Shown: positions 9,731 to 20,750 of the stretch, in pieces
Position numbering within the stretch: position 1 is the stretch's first letter
Layout: every line of letters begins with the position of its first letter
NCBI GenBank assembly: GCA_964643725.1
Contig: CAZXTL010000001.1
Coordinates: forward strand, 41,935 to 105,934
Reading direction: 5' to 3'
DNA length: 64,000 nt
Source: an uncultured Candidatus Marinamargulisbacteria bacterium
Lineage (GTDB): Bacteria > Margulisbacteria > Riflemargulisbacteria > GWF2-35-9 > DYQY01
Notes under the pieces: model-generated
The model's input: the letters and a program-made list of their open reading frames with translations, nothing else
Database searches by the model: none
What the model was told of the DNA's origin: nothing
Position numbers and translations under genes: made by a program

Positions 9731-10528
9731 TTATGCACACTCTATTTTGTAATCTTTAAAACCACTGTAGTATTTAACAACTCTTGGTTTTAAGGCACGT
9801 GGTACTAGTTTGCTTATATGATATAGCAGATTGTTTCTCCATCCAGGGATGATTAGAGTTTTGCCTTGCATCATTTTCTTATAGGTTATCTCAGCAACAT
9901 CTTCTGCTGTCATTTTGATTTTATTGTGTGATTGAAACTTGTAGTTAGCGCGTTTGCCAAAGTTGCTTTCAGTTGGTCCTGGGCAAAGGCAGCTTACTGA
10001 TATTCCAAGCTTCCTAACTTCCTCATGTAAGCCTTCAGAGAAACTTAAAACATATGTTTTACTGGCAAAGTAAGTATCCATGAATGGGCCAGGGAAAAAG
10101 GCAGCCATCGAGCCTACGTTTAAGATTTTTCCTGACTTCCTGTTGATCATTTCTGGAAGGAAAAGCTTGGTCATATGAGTTAGTGTTGTAATATTTACTG
10201 CAATGAGTTCAAGGTCAGTTTGGGCGTTGGTGTAGGCGAAGAATCCATAGTTGCCGAAGCCTGCGTTGTTGATTAGTATTTCTACTTCTAGTTTTTGTTT
10301 TTGGCATTCGTTAAAGACCTTGATAGCTGAATTAGCAACAGCTAAATCTTCGGCAATAGTTACTATATCAACGGAATATTTATTATTAATTTGTTTAGCT
10401 GTTTCAATTAATGTTTCTTTCGTTCGTGCTACAAGTATTAGATTATGTCCCTGACTAGCGAATTTATTAGCTAGCGCTAATCCTATTCCGCAGGAACCAC
10501 CAGTTATTAATGTATAGTTTTTTGGCAT
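9731..10528 (-). CDS. Short-chain dehydrogenase/reductase
   Basis: TGGSCGIG, NNAGFG, catalytic YFASK, CPGPTES. Confidence 0.95.
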   Translation of the reverse strand: MPKNYTLITGGSCGIGLALANKFASQGHNLILVARTKETLIETAKQINNKYSVDIVTIAEDLAVANSAIKVFNECQKQKLEVEILINNAGFGNYGFFAYTNAQTDLELIAVNITTLTHMTKLFLPEMINRKSGKILNVGSMAAFFPGPFMDTYFASKTYVLSFSEGLHEEVRKLGISVSCLCPGPTESNFGKRANYKFQSHNKIKMTAEDVAEITYKKMMQGKTLIIPGWRNNLLYHISKLVPRALKPRVVKYYSGFKDYKIECA

Positions 10529-10542
10529 GTAGTAATTATAGA

Positions 10543-10576
10543 GCTAAAAGCCAAAAGCTAAAAGTCTAAAGCTAAA
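10543..10576 (+). repeat. Heptamer tandem array (GCTAAAA-like, 5 units)
   Basis: GCTAAAA GCCAAAA GCTAAAA GTCTAAA GCTAAA, directly abutting element A copy 1. Confidence 0.75.
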
Positions 10577-10626
10577 TTCCCCCTTTATAAGGGGGATGCC
10601 TTTGCGTTAGCAAAGGAGGGGGATTA
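10577..10626 (+). repeat. Palindromic element family A, copy 1
   Basis: TTCCCCCTTTATAAGGGGGATGCCTTTGCGTTAGCAAAGGAGGGGGATTA (two hairpins); 45/50 identical to 13437-13486. Confidence 0.9.
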
Positions 10627-10632
10627 TAAGTG

Positions 10633-10688
10633 TTGACAATGAATTTTTATAGTATTATTATATACTCTATTAAGTCTATAGGAATTAA
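10633..10688 (+). promoter_or_regulatory. metY operon promoter and candidate Rrf2/CymR operator
   Basis: TTGACA (10633-38), 17 bp, TATTAT (10656-61), followed immediately by ATACTCTATTAAGTCTATAGGAATTAA (10662-10688). Confidence 0.65.
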
Positions 10689-10744
10689 GTGAATATGGAA
10701 TTGGGAGGTGTATAATTTGGATGTATATATGAGAATCATAAAAA

Positions 10745-10782
10745 TTAACACACCCTCTAACTCCCTCTCAAGAGGGAGAATA
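10745..10782 (+). repeat. Palindromic element family B, copy 2
   Basis: TTAACACACCCTCTAACTCCCTCTCAAGAGGGAGAATA; includes a compensatory stem change relative to copy 1. Confidence 0.85.
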
Positions 10783-10816
10783 GAACAGCAAAAAGGTTAG
10801 AAAGATAAAATAATAA

Positions 10817-12133
<1,317 letters not shown>

Positions 12134-12146
12134 CTATGCTTATAAT

Positions 12147-12174
12147 ATGCCCCTGTCTCATTCGGCAGGGGGTA
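12147..12174 (+). terminator. Intergenic hairpin between metY and cysK (attenuator or stability element)
   Basis: ATGCCCCTGTC-TCATTC-GGCAGGGGGTAT; weak U-tail. Confidence 0.35.
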
Positions 12175-12206
12175 TTAGAAAGTAAGTTAACAAAAAGGAG
12201 AAGGTT

Positions 12207-13145
12207 ATGAGTAAAATTTATAATAATATTGCTGAAACGATAGGAAATACTCCCTTAGTAAAGTTAAATAAAATTGCGCAAGGATTGGAAGCTACTATCT
12301 TAGTAAAGTTAGAGTCTTTTAATGCTCTTTCTTGCGTGAAAGATAGAATAGGTGTTGCCATGATTGAAGATGCTGAGAAACGAGGATTAATTAATAAAGA
12401 TACTGTTCTTATCGAGCCAACTAGTGGCAATACAGGTATTGCTTTAGCTTTTGTAGCTGCATCTAGAGGGTATAGATTAATCCTTACTATGCCTGAAACA
12501 ATGAGCTTGGAACGTAGACAATTGCTTAAAATATTTGGTGCAGAATTAGTTCTTACTGAAGGTTCAAAAGGTATGAACGGTGCTGTTGCTAAAGCTGAAG
12601 AATTGAATAAAAGTATTCCAAATAGTTTGGTGCTTCAACAGTTTAATAATCCAGCTAACCCTGAAGTACATCGCAGAACAACTGCAGAAGAAATATGGAA
12701 AGATACCGACGGTAGCGTAGATGTTTTTATTGCAGGAGTAGGAACCGGAGGAACTATCACAGGTGTTGGAGAAGTGCTGAAGAAAAGAAAACCAAGTGTG
12801 CAAATAATTGCTGTTGAACCAAAAGAATCACCAGTCCTTTCAGGTGGACAGCCTGGACCACATAAGATTCAAGGGATTGGCGCAGGTTTTATTCCAGGAG
12901 TATTTAATAAAGATGTTGTCGATGAGATATTACAAGTTACTTCTGTTGATGCAGGAGAAACTGCCAGAAAACTAGCAAAACTAGAAGGTATTTTGGTTGG
13001 GATTTCAAGCGGAGCGGCGTTATGGGCTGCCTTAGAAGTGGCAAAAAGACCTGAACTTAAAGGTAAAACCATAGTAGTTCTTCTTCCTGATACTGGTGAG
13101 AGGTATTTGTCTACTTGGTTATTTCAAGAGGAAGCAACTGTATGA
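12207..13145 (+). CDS. cysK: Cysteine synthase A
   Basis: [15 protein letters not shown] (PLP lysine), [35 protein letters not shown]. Confidence 0.97.
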   Translation: MSKIYNNIAETIGNTPLVKLNKIAQGLEATILVKLESFNALSCVKDRIGVAMIEDAEKRGLINKDTVLIEPTSGNTGIALAFVAASRGYRLILTMPETMSLERRQLLKIFGAELVLTEGSKGMNGAVAKAEELNKSIPNSLVLQQFNNPANPEVHRRTTAEEIWKDTDGSVDVFIAGVGTGGTITGVGEVLKKRKPSVQIIAVEPKESPVLSGGQPGPHKIQGIGAGFIPGVFNKDVVDEILQVTSVDAGETARKLAKLEGILVGISSGAALWAALEVAKRPELKGKTIVVLLPDTGERYLSTWLFQEEATV

Positions 13146-13342
13146 AGGTAAAGGTTAATGGCGAAGATAAAACAGTTAAAGAGGCTATTTCTATTACTGA
13201 TTTATTGTCTGATTTTTCTATAAAACCTGAGGCAGTAGTTGTAGAACTTAATTTGAAAATTATCAGTAAAGATAGTTGGGATAAAACTATTCTTAATGAG
13301 AACGATAGTGTTGAGATAGTAAGGTTTGTAGGTGGCGGATAG
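13142..13342 (+). CDS. thiS: ThiS-family sulfur carrier protein (66 aa)
   Basis: ATG overlaps the cysK stop (ATGA); MKVKVNGE...VVVELN...EIVRFVGGG with a C-terminal Gly-Gly. Confidence 0.92.
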   Translation: MKVKVNGEDKTVKEAISITDLLSDFSIKPEAVVVELNLKIISKDSWDKTILNENDSVEIVRFVGGG

Positions 13343-13347
13343 CTTAG

Positions 13348-13573
13348 AAATGACAAATGCCAAAACTCAAATGTCAAATAAATCAAATAATGCCAAATTA
13401 ATGAATGGGAAGAAGAGAACCGTAAACATTGATATGTTCCCCCTTAATAAGGGGGATACCTTTGCAACAGCAAAGGAGGGGGATTAACTTTGGCGTTTGG
13501 ATTTAAAGATTTATTTGCCTGCCCCGCGTAGCTTTAGCGTAGTGGGGGATTTTGTCATTTGGATTTTGGATTT
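13348..13573. repeat. Composite intergenic element: inverted heptamer arms enclosing nested palindromes
   Basis: Left arm AAATGAC/AAATGCC/AAAACTC/AAATGTC (13348-13398); right arm TTTGGCG/TTTGGA/TTTTGTCA/TTTGGA (13489-13573); encloses element A copy 2 and CCTGCCCCGCGTAGCTTTAGCGTAGTGGGGG (13518-13548). Confidence 0.75.
13437..13486 (+). repeat. Palindromic element family A, copy 2
   Basis: TTCCCCCTTAATAAGGGGGATACCTTTGCAACAGCAAAGGAGGGGGATTA. Confidence 0.9.
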
Positions 13574-13590
13574 ATCAGTAAGGAGATATT

Positions 13591-14196
13591 TTGAGAAATA
13601 AGTTTGAAGAAGGTTTATTACGTTATTTGACTGTAGAAAAGTTGGATAAGATACAACGGACAAAAATTGGTATCGCTGGTGTAGGTGGGCTGGGCTCTAA
13701 TATTGCAAATGCTTTAGTTAGGACTGGGTTTGTTGATTTTGAAATAGTGGATGTTGATTTAATTGAAGCTAGTAATCTTAATAGACAGAATTATTTTTAT
13801 GATGAGATAGGGCTGTCAAAAGTAGAAGTAACAGCAAAGAGGTTACAGCAAATTAATCCTAGCGTCAGGGTTAAGTTAGCTCAGATAAAATTAATCAAAA
13901 CTAACATTAAAGAATATTTTGTTGATAGAGATATTTTGTTTGAGGCCTTTGATAAAGTTGAATCTAAAACTATGCTTTTAGAAAGTTTTGGTAACTCTGG
14001 GAAACTAATTATTTCTGGGAATGGCATGTCTGGAATAGTTGGCGGAGACATTAAAGTTAGGAAGATTAACGAGAATTTATTTTTAGTAGGTGATGGCGTT
14101 ACAGAAGTTGGGCCGGATAACCCGCCACTTGCCCCAAGAGTTATTACTTGTGCGTCTCTTATGGCATCTGTTGCAGTAGAAAGGATGTTGTTATGA
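13591..14196 (+). CDS. thiF: Sulfur carrier adenylyltransferase (short ThiF type)
   Basis: TTG start after AAGGAG; GIAGVGGLGSNIA, DLIEASNLNRQ, FEAFD, PPLAPRV; no Zn-binding CxxC pairs. Confidence 0.88.
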   Translation: MRNKFEEGLLRYLTVEKLDKIQRTKIGIAGVGGLGSNIANALVRTGFVDFEIVDVDLIEASNLNRQNYFYDEIGLSKVEVTAKRLQQINPSVRVKLAQIKLIKTNIKEYFVDRDILFEAFDKVESKTMLLESFGNSGKLIISGNGMSGIVGGDIKVRKINENLFLVGDGVTEVGPDNPPLAPRVITCASLMASVAVERMLL

Positions 14197-14636
14197 GAAT
14201 ATCGTATAAAGGTGATTACGCTTTAAAGGCTTTGCTACATTTAGCAATTTTATATGGAGTAAAAGATGTAGTTAGACTTCAAGAGTTATCAAGTGAGCTT
14301 GATATTCCTCATAAGTTTTTAGAAGCTGTCATGGCTGAATTACAAAAAGGTGGATTTGTTAAGAGTAAGCGTGGTAAAAATGGAGGCTACTATTTAGACA
14401 CACCTCCTTCTCAAATAGTGTTGGGAGATGTTGTTCGTCATATCGATGGACCTATTGAGCCCATTGCCTGTGTTGATAATTGCTATAAGGATTGTAAGGA
14501 TGTAGATCATTGTGCATTAAGGATAATTTGGCAAAAGACCGCAAAAGCTGTTTCAGAGATAGTTGATAATGTTACTTTGCAAGATTTAGTAGATAAGTCT
14601 AAGAAACGTAAAGCAATACCAGATTATTCTATATAG
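14193..14636 (+). CDS. Rrf2-family regulator (CymR/IscR-like)
   Basis: ATG overlaps the thiF stop; DYALKAL, VKSKRGKNGGYYL winged helix; Cys cluster CVDNCYKDCKDVDHC. Confidence 0.93.
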   Translation: MRISYKGDYALKALLHLAILYGVKDVVRLQELSSELDIPHKFLEAVMAELQKGGFVKSKRGKNGGYYLDTPPSQIVLGDVVRHIDGPIEPIACVDNCYKDCKDVDHCALRIIWQKTAKAVSEIVDNVTLQDLVDKSKKRKAIPDYSI

Positions 14637-14663
14637 TAATTTCAGGAATAGTTACTTCTATTG

Positions 14664-16901
14664 TTAAGTTTTTTCTTGCTCATCCTTGTTGATATTTAGT
14701 GTAAAATAAAAGGTTGTTCCTTGATTTGGCATAGACTTCAACCAAATATCGCCATGATGTTGGATGATAACCTTTTTAACAATAGCTAGTCCAACACCAG
14801 TTCCGCCAGCGAATTCGTCCTTGGGATGTAACCTTTTAAATATCTGGAAAATAATCTCATGATGGGTTTCTTCTATTCCGATGCCATTGTCGTACACATA
14901 ATATATGTTTTGATTGTTTTCACGGAAACTACCTATTTCAATACGTTTATGTTTTTTGGTGTTATATTTTAATCCGTTAGTAATAAGGTTTTGATATACG
15001 TATTTGAGTCTTTCTCTGTTACATAGAATTGCGGTATCTGGAAAATCTTTGATAATTATTTCTGCGTTAGTATAAAACCCACATGAGCGGATGTTTTCTA
15101 TGGATTCTTCAACTATGTCTTTTATTAGATAGTCGGCGAAAGGAATATCTGTATTGCCAATCTTAGAGAAAGCTAGAAGTTCATTAATAAATGTATCCAA
15201 TCTTTCTGCTAGTTCTATAATGTGATTAAGTTCTTTTTTGATTGGCTCTTTTAATTTAGGGTGATCCATTTGTATGAAAGAAGCACAGTTACTAATGCCC
15301 CTTAATGGTTCTTTAAGGTCATGAGAAGCAATGTAGACAAAATCAGCTAATTCTTTGTTACTTTGCTCTAGCTTAGTAGTATATTTTTGTAGATTTTTTT
15401 CTGTTTTTTTGCGGAGAAGAAATGAGCCGATATGTGATGCGATTGTTTCAAGGAATTCAATTTTTCTAAGAGTAAGTTGTCCTTTTCGCTTATCATTGAC
15501 TTGAAGGAGTCCTATAATTTTATTATCAGTAGCCATAATTGGCACTAAGGCAATTGATCCATAACCTTTGTGAATACAGTTGTTGCGTGGATTATTTCTA
15601 GGGTCATTGGCAAGTGGAATATCTAGAATTGGGAATGAATCATTGGTCCAGAAACTCCCACTTTTTGAAAAAAGTGGATTAGTTAAATCCGCTTTTCCTG
15701 AAATCACCAGACCGCAAGTACATGCTAGACAAGCAGTACCATCTGTATTTCTGCAGATACTACCGTTAGCGTTACGTATGATTAGCGAGTTTTCGCTGAG
15801 TAAGAAATCCTCGGAAAATCCGGACTGTTCATAATAGGGGAAGTCTTCACCTTCTTGAATTCTAATACCAATGGCATCAGTGTCAGTGTATGTTTTTAAT
15901 AAAGTAAGCACCTGTTGAAGTGAATCATTCATGGTATTGAGGTCGTTTAGTTTCTTAAGTATTTCTATGCCAAGTGTTCGAGATTCCTCTGACTCTTTGC
16001 GGTCGGTGATGTCGACGAAACTGATTACTATTTCGGAGAGGTCACCGTTGTTATCAAATACAGGTACTCCATCAGCCGTAACCCAAACAGTGTCGTTTTT
16101 GTTTTGGCGACAAATCCCAAGTATTTGGTTTTTTATTGATTTCTTGCTTGTTATAATACGGTTAACAGGATATTCCTCTAAGGGTAAAGGCTTATTATCT
16201 TCGGTTATGAAGTTCCATGAAAAATCAATTGACTGTTTGCCACTTAGCTGGTCATTGGTTAATTTCAATAACTCGCACGCGCGTAGATTACTCAGGATAA
16301 TAGAAGTATCGGGCGCATGAACAACTATTCCGGTTTCCAGGTTCCTTAGTAAAGAGCGATATCTTTCCTCGCTTTTAATTCTAGATTCGTTCTCTGTTTT
16401 TAAGTCTTCCAGCAAGTTTAAAGTACTTAGATAAGTCCTACTTAGTTCTTTGGTTTTATTATTTACTAATTCAGCCAGGGTTTCTTTTTCCTCACGGTTT
16501 TTAATATTGGCATTTCTAATTTTAAGCATGGAATGAATTTGGGCAGTAAGTTCGATCTCGTCAATCGGTTTGGTAAGGAATGCCTCCCCACCACAGTCCA
16601 AGGCACGGAGCCGACTTTCTCTGGGATCATTAATGGCTGTTACAAAAATGACAGGTATGTCGCGGAGATTAGTGTCGGCTTTCAGTTTCTGGCAAACAGT
16701 GTAACCATCCATTTCTGGCATAATAATATCTAGAAGGATAACATCAGGATTTTCAGTATGGGCTAATTCAAGTCCTTTTCTCCCATTTATTGCGGTTATT
16801 GTGATTGCTTCAGGGAATATGTCTTTAATTAAGGCAGTCAAAATAATCAGGTTATCTTGAACGTCATCAATGACTAAAAACTTAATGCGATTATTTTCCA
16901 T
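14664..16901 (-). CDS. REC-PAS-GAF-HisKA-HATPase sensor kinase
   Basis: N-terminal receiver (VIDD, LLDIIMP, KP), PAS (FVDITDRK), Cys-rich GAF, ASHDLKEPL H-box, NLITNGLKY, DNGIGI, GTGVGLAIVKK. Confidence 0.92.
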   Translation of the reverse strand: MENNRIKFLVIDDVQDNLIILTALIKDIFPEAITITAINGRKGLELAHTENPDVILLDIIMPEMDGYTVCQKLKADTNLRDIPVIFVTAINDPRESRLRALDCGGEAFLTKPIDEIELTAQIHSMLKIRNANIKNREEKETLAELVNNKTKELSRTYLSTLNLLEDLKTENESRIKSEERYRSLLRNLETGIVVHAPDTSIILSNLRACELLKLTNDQLSGKQSIDFSWNFITEDNKPLPLEEYPVNRIITSKKSIKNQILGICRQNKNDTVWVTADGVPVFDNNGDLSEIVISFVDITDRKESEESRTLGIEILKKLNDLNTMNDSLQQVLTLLKTYTDTDAIGIRIQEGEDFPYYEQSGFSEDFLLSENSLIIRNANGSICRNTDGTACLACTCGLVISGKADLTNPLFSKSGSFWTNDSFPILDIPLANDPRNNPRNNCIHKGYGSIALVPIMATDNKIIGLLQVNDKRKGQLTLRKIEFLETIASHIGSFLLRKKTEKNLQKYTTKLEQSNKELADFVYIASHDLKEPLRGISNCASFIQMDHPKLKEPIKKELNHIIELAERLDTFINELLAFSKIGNTDIPFADYLIKDIVEESIENIRSCGFYTNAEIIIKDFPDTAILCNRERLKYVYQNLITNGLKYNTKKHKRIEIGSFRENNQNIYYVYDNGIGIEETHHEIIFQIFKRLHPKDEFAGGTGVGLAIVKKVIIQHHGDIWLKSMPNQGTTFYFTLNINKDEQEKT

Positions 16902-19900
16902 AAAGGGTCCTATTTATTGTGTTAAAGAATTCTTGTTCGTCGATAGGTTTAGGGATAAACGCATCAAAACCATGAGCCAGAACAGTTTCTCTGTCTTGGG
17001 TCATAGCGCTTGCCGTAAGTGCAATAATCTTAATATTTTGTAATTCTGGGTTATTCCTTATTTTCTTAAAAGCTTCAATGCCATCCATTCCTGGAAGTGC
17101 AATATCCATTAAGATGAGATTTGGCTTGAATTTTATAGCCAGTTCAATGCCTTCAATTCCATTTACTGCTTCCAATACAGTAAAATTATCAGAAAGGACT
17201 GCCTTAGAAGATTTCATATTATCTGGGTTGTCTTCTACTATTAGTACCACTGGTTTTCCTACAATGGGCTTAAATTCAGGTTGAGGCTGTTCTAATTCTT
17301 CTGGTTTCTGAGTTAGTATATTCGCTACTGCTCCCAACATCTCATCGAGATTTACATTGCCCTTCTGAATAAGCTGCTGAATATGATTACTTTTTAAGAA
17401 GTTGAGTTCTTCTTTTGTGATATGTTTTGCGGATAGAATAAGTACTGGAAGATGGGAGGTGGGTTCATTATCACGAATTGATTTTAATACTTGGAATCCA
17501 TCGATGTCTGGCATCATCAAGTCCAGTATCAATGCATCCGGGATAGTATGGTTAATAATCGTAAGCGCTTCTTCTCCATTATGGGCAAGTAAAACGTGAT
17601 ATCCACTTTCTTCTAGAATATCCTTCATTTGAATTAGTGCAGGTTCGCTGTCGTCTACCAACAAGATGGTCTTGTCTGGATTGTTATTAACTTGGTTGAG
17701 AGAAGATTGCGTACTGAGTTTGGTAAAACTTGAAGTTTTTTCTTCAAGGACGTTGGTTTTACCATCATACTGTAAAGGTAAAGTGAGCGTAAATTCTGAA
17801 CCTTTGCCGACCTCGCTTTTTATAGAAATACTTCCCCCAAGCATATTTGCATATTTTTTTGCAATAGAAAGCCCCAGTCCGCTACCACCAAATTTTCTGG
17901 AGGTGCTACTATCTGCTTGTTTAAACTCATCAAAAATATAAGTAATTTGTTCCTCAGAAATACCAATCCCTGTATCGGTTACTGTAATTTCTATTTCGGT
18001 ATTGTTGTTTTTTGCTGTAACTTCCACTTTACCTTTTTCTGTAAATTTCACAGCATTACTGATAATATTCTGCAGAATATGTCGACATTTTTTAATATCT
18101 GAAATGATGAACAAATTGGGGTCAATATTGGTCTTAATCAGCTTAATCCCTTTCTGACTAGCTTGAATGTTTATGGATTTTACTATGTCATCGATTAAAT
18201 CTTTGTTATTAAATCTAGTAAGTTCAACATATTCATGGCCAGCTTCTATGCGTGCTATATCAAGAATATCATTGATGAGAGAAAGAAGATTTTGACCATT
18301 ACGTTTAATTATTTCCAGATAGCTGTATTCTTCTTCGGAAATCTTGTTAGCAAGTCGTTTGTAAAGTACTCCAGATAAAGCAATAACCGAGTTAAGTGGT
18401 GTGCGCAGTTCGTGGCTCATGTTGGAAAAGAAAACGGTTTTAAGCTGATTAGCCTGTGATAACTGTTTCTTTTGCAATTCAAGTTCTGCATTCTGTACAG
18501 TAAGTTCTGCAGATTGTGAAGAAAGTTCAGTCTTTGAGGCTTCTAATTCGGTGTTTTGATGTTCCAGTTTTTCTGCGAATTCTTTAATCTTTTTGTAACC
18601 TAAGATACCTTCAATTCGAGCGCATAAGGTAATGAGGATTTCATCAATCAATGTAATAGATTCCTTGCTGTATACATCCAAACTTGCCAGTGAAATAATA
18701 GCAATCACTCCATTATTGGCATGAATAGGGATGGTTAAGATTTCTCGTGGGATAAATTTCCCACTAACGGTATGAAAAGCAAAACGGGTATCTTCGGATA
18801 TGTTTGTAATGTGCTGAATCTTGCGAGAAGAAATGGCAGGACCAAATTCTCCTTCGAAGTTATTTGCCATAAATGATTGCTTAGCATTAGAGTCCAAACC
18901 AATAGATTCGAAATGGTCGTAACTATTATTGTCAGCGTTGAGTAGGTATATTGCGGCTATTTGCGAATTCGTAAATTCCGAAATAGTTAGAAGTGTTTTT
19001 TGGAAAAATAATTTAGGATTATCTTCACTAAGCATTAAAACAGAAATATTCTCGATTTTTTTGTTTAAACTAAGATTGGATTGGATGTCACTAGCAAGTA
19101 AATTAAATGAATTAGATAATTCTCCAAATTCATTTTCCAAAGCGTATGAGCATCGTGAAGAAATGTCGCCTTCGTGAAAGCGTTTGGTTGCTTCGAGGAG
19201 TTCTTTAATCGGAGTGCGTACTGACCTTAGCAAAAAGTTGATGATAAAGAGTGAAAAGCAAGCAAATAGAAAGGTTAGCAATAATAATTGTTTGGTTAAT
19301 TGTTCTTTCAGTTTGTTGGAATTGTTATATAACTCATTGCTTTTGTTAATCGCATAATTATTAATTTTGTCCAACATTTTTAGAGTTTCTTGTGCTTGAT
19401 TCCCTTCCATTCCTATTAGTATAAATTGTTCAGTAACTTGTTTTGTTTGGCCAATCATTAGTAAATTGATTATTTCATTTTTTTTAAATTTCCATTTTAG
19501 ATATTCTTCCTCCAGATTATCAATGTCCTTAGGTGGTCCTAAATATACCTTCCTGAGCTGATTAATCTCATCTAAAAATTTGTCATTCAATATTTCCATA
19601 GATATAGTAAATTTCATTTGTTGACTTTCTTTTTCTTTTTTTTGTAAAAGGTTTACTAGAAACAGATTTTTCATTTCTATTCGAATTGAATAAAAAGAAG
19701 ACTGCAATTCATTAATGAACTTTCGTGTTTGTAGTGGATGCTGGTACATAATTTCTATTTGCTTGTATATTTTATTTGTTTGCTGAAAGGAGAGTAAACC
19801 CAGAAAAAGCATTAATATAAATAAGACAGTTAATCCAAGCTTAAGCTGTGTTCCGATAGTTAAGTTCCTTAGAATTGTAAACTGATGCTTGAAGTAATTT

Positions 19901-19926
19901 GTTCCTTTATCCCTAATTGGTTTCAT
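16891..19926 (-). CDS. Hybrid histidine kinase (four-helix periplasmic domain-HAMP-GAF-HisKA-HATPase-REC-REC)
   Basis: Two TM helices, HAMP, GAF, MSHELRTPLN, NAVKFT, DTGIGI, GSGLGL, and two receiver domains (LDLMMP, MDIALP). Confidence 0.93.
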   Translation of the reverse strand: MKPIRDKGTNYFKHQFTILRNLTIGTQLKLGLTVLFILMLFLGLLSFQQTNKIYKQIEIMYQHPLQTRKFINELQSSFYSIRIEMKNLFLVNLLQKKEKESQQMKFTISMEILNDKFLDEINQLRKVYLGPPKDIDNLEEEYLKWKFKKNEIINLLMIGQTKQVTEQFILIGMEGNQAQETLKMLDKINNYAINKSNELYNNSNKLKEQLTKQLLLLTFLFACFSLFIINFLLRSVRTPIKELLEATKRFHEGDISSRCSYALENEFGELSNSFNLLASDIQSNLSLNKKIENISVLMLSEDNPKLFFQKTLLTISEFTNSQIAAIYLLNADNNSYDHFESIGLDSNAKQSFMANNFEGEFGPAISSRKIQHITNISEDTRFAFHTVSGKFIPREILTIPIHANNGVIAIISLASLDVYSKESITLIDEILITLCARIEGILGYKKIKEFAEKLEHQNTELEASKTELSSQSAELTVQNAELELQKKQLSQANQLKTVFFSNMSHELRTPLNSVIALSGVLYKRLANKISEEEYSYLEIIKRNGQNLLSLINDILDIARIEAGHEYVELTRFNNKDLIDDIVKSINIQASQKGIKLIKTNIDPNLFIISDIKKCRHILQNIISNAVKFTEKGKVEVTAKNNNTEIEITVTDTGIGISEEQITYIFDEFKQADSSTSRKFGGSGLGLSIAKKYANMLGGSISIKSEVGKGSEFTLTLPLQYDGKTNVLEEKTSSFTKLSTQSSLNQVNNNPDKTILLVDDSEPALIQMKDILEESGYHVLLAHNGEEALTIINHTIPDALILDLMMPDIDGFQVLKSIRDNEPTSHLPVLILSAKHITKEELNFLKSNHIQQLIQKGNVNLDEMLGAVANILTQKPEELEQPQPEFKPIVGKPVVLIVEDNPDNMKSSKAVLSDNFTVLEAVNGIEGIELAIKFKPNLILMDIALPGMDGIEAFKKIRNNPELQNIKIIALTASAMTQDRETVLAHGFDAFIPKPIDEQEFFNTINRTLYGK

Positions 19927-20750
19927 GTTTGTCTCCTTTTTCTTTGAAAAATGCCAGATTGTGGAAATATTTCAGTGAAATTGTGATTTAAAAATATTTC
20001 TCTTTCTGCTTCACCAGTTACTAAATATCCGTCAGTTGAAATAGAGTTAGTTACTTTATCAATAATAAGTTTACGGCTTTCTGGATTGAAATAAAATAAC
20101 AAATTGGAACACATTACAATATCAAAATCTCCAAAGATACTCGTAGCTGGACTGCTGGAGGTATTGTTAAGTAAATCAAAAACAGAAAAATCGATATTTT
20201 CCATAAGCACAGGTTTTATAGTATAGGTATCGTTTTGTTTAATGAACCATTTATCTGCTTGTTTCAAATTTACGTTATTTAAATCAGAAGTACAATATTG
20301 TCCTGTTATTGCTTTCTTTATTTGTGATTCGCACTTATCAGTAGCAAAGATTCTATATTTAAATCTGTCTTTATCTCCGTTTCTAAACTCTTCTAATAAC
20401 ATTGCCATGCTATATGCTTCTTGTCCTTGGGCACATGCAGCAGACCATATACGCATTTCTTTCTTGTTTTTTTTTATTAATATCGAGGGCAGAACAATGC
20501 GTTCAAGTACCGCAAAGGTGAATGAATTACGAAAAAACTCACTATAGTTGTTTTGAAGAGCGTCTATTAGAATTTTTCCTTCTGCGCTGCTTTGTTTTAG
20601 CAAAGTGTAATATTCCTTCGTTGCTTTGCAACCAGTTTCTGTACTCCTATGCTGAAGTGTTTTATTTAGAAAGGAAATCTCATAGATTGAAACATCAGTG
20701 TTCTGTGATAGTACGAGAGAATCTTTAATATTTTTAGTTAGTTTTATCAT
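19923..20750 (-). CDS. cheR: CheR-type SAM-dependent protein-glutamate methyltransferase
   Basis: SEFFRN, RIWSAACAQGQEAYS, IFATD, FDIVMCSNLLFYF, GYLVTGEAE. Confidence 0.9.
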   Translation of the reverse strand: MIKLTKNIKDSLVLSQNTDVSIYEISFLNKTLQHRSTETGCKATKEYYTLLKQSSAEGKILIDALQNNYSEFFRNSFTFAVLERIVLPSILIKKNKKEMRIWSAACAQGQEAYSMAMLLEEFRNGDKDRFKYRIFATDKCESQIKKAITGQYCTSDLNNVNLKQADKWFIKQNDTYTIKPVLMENIDFSVFDLLNNTSSSPATSIFGDFDIVMCSNLLFYFNPESRKLIIDKVTNSISTDGYLVTGEAEREIFLNHNFTEIFPQSGIFQRKRRQT

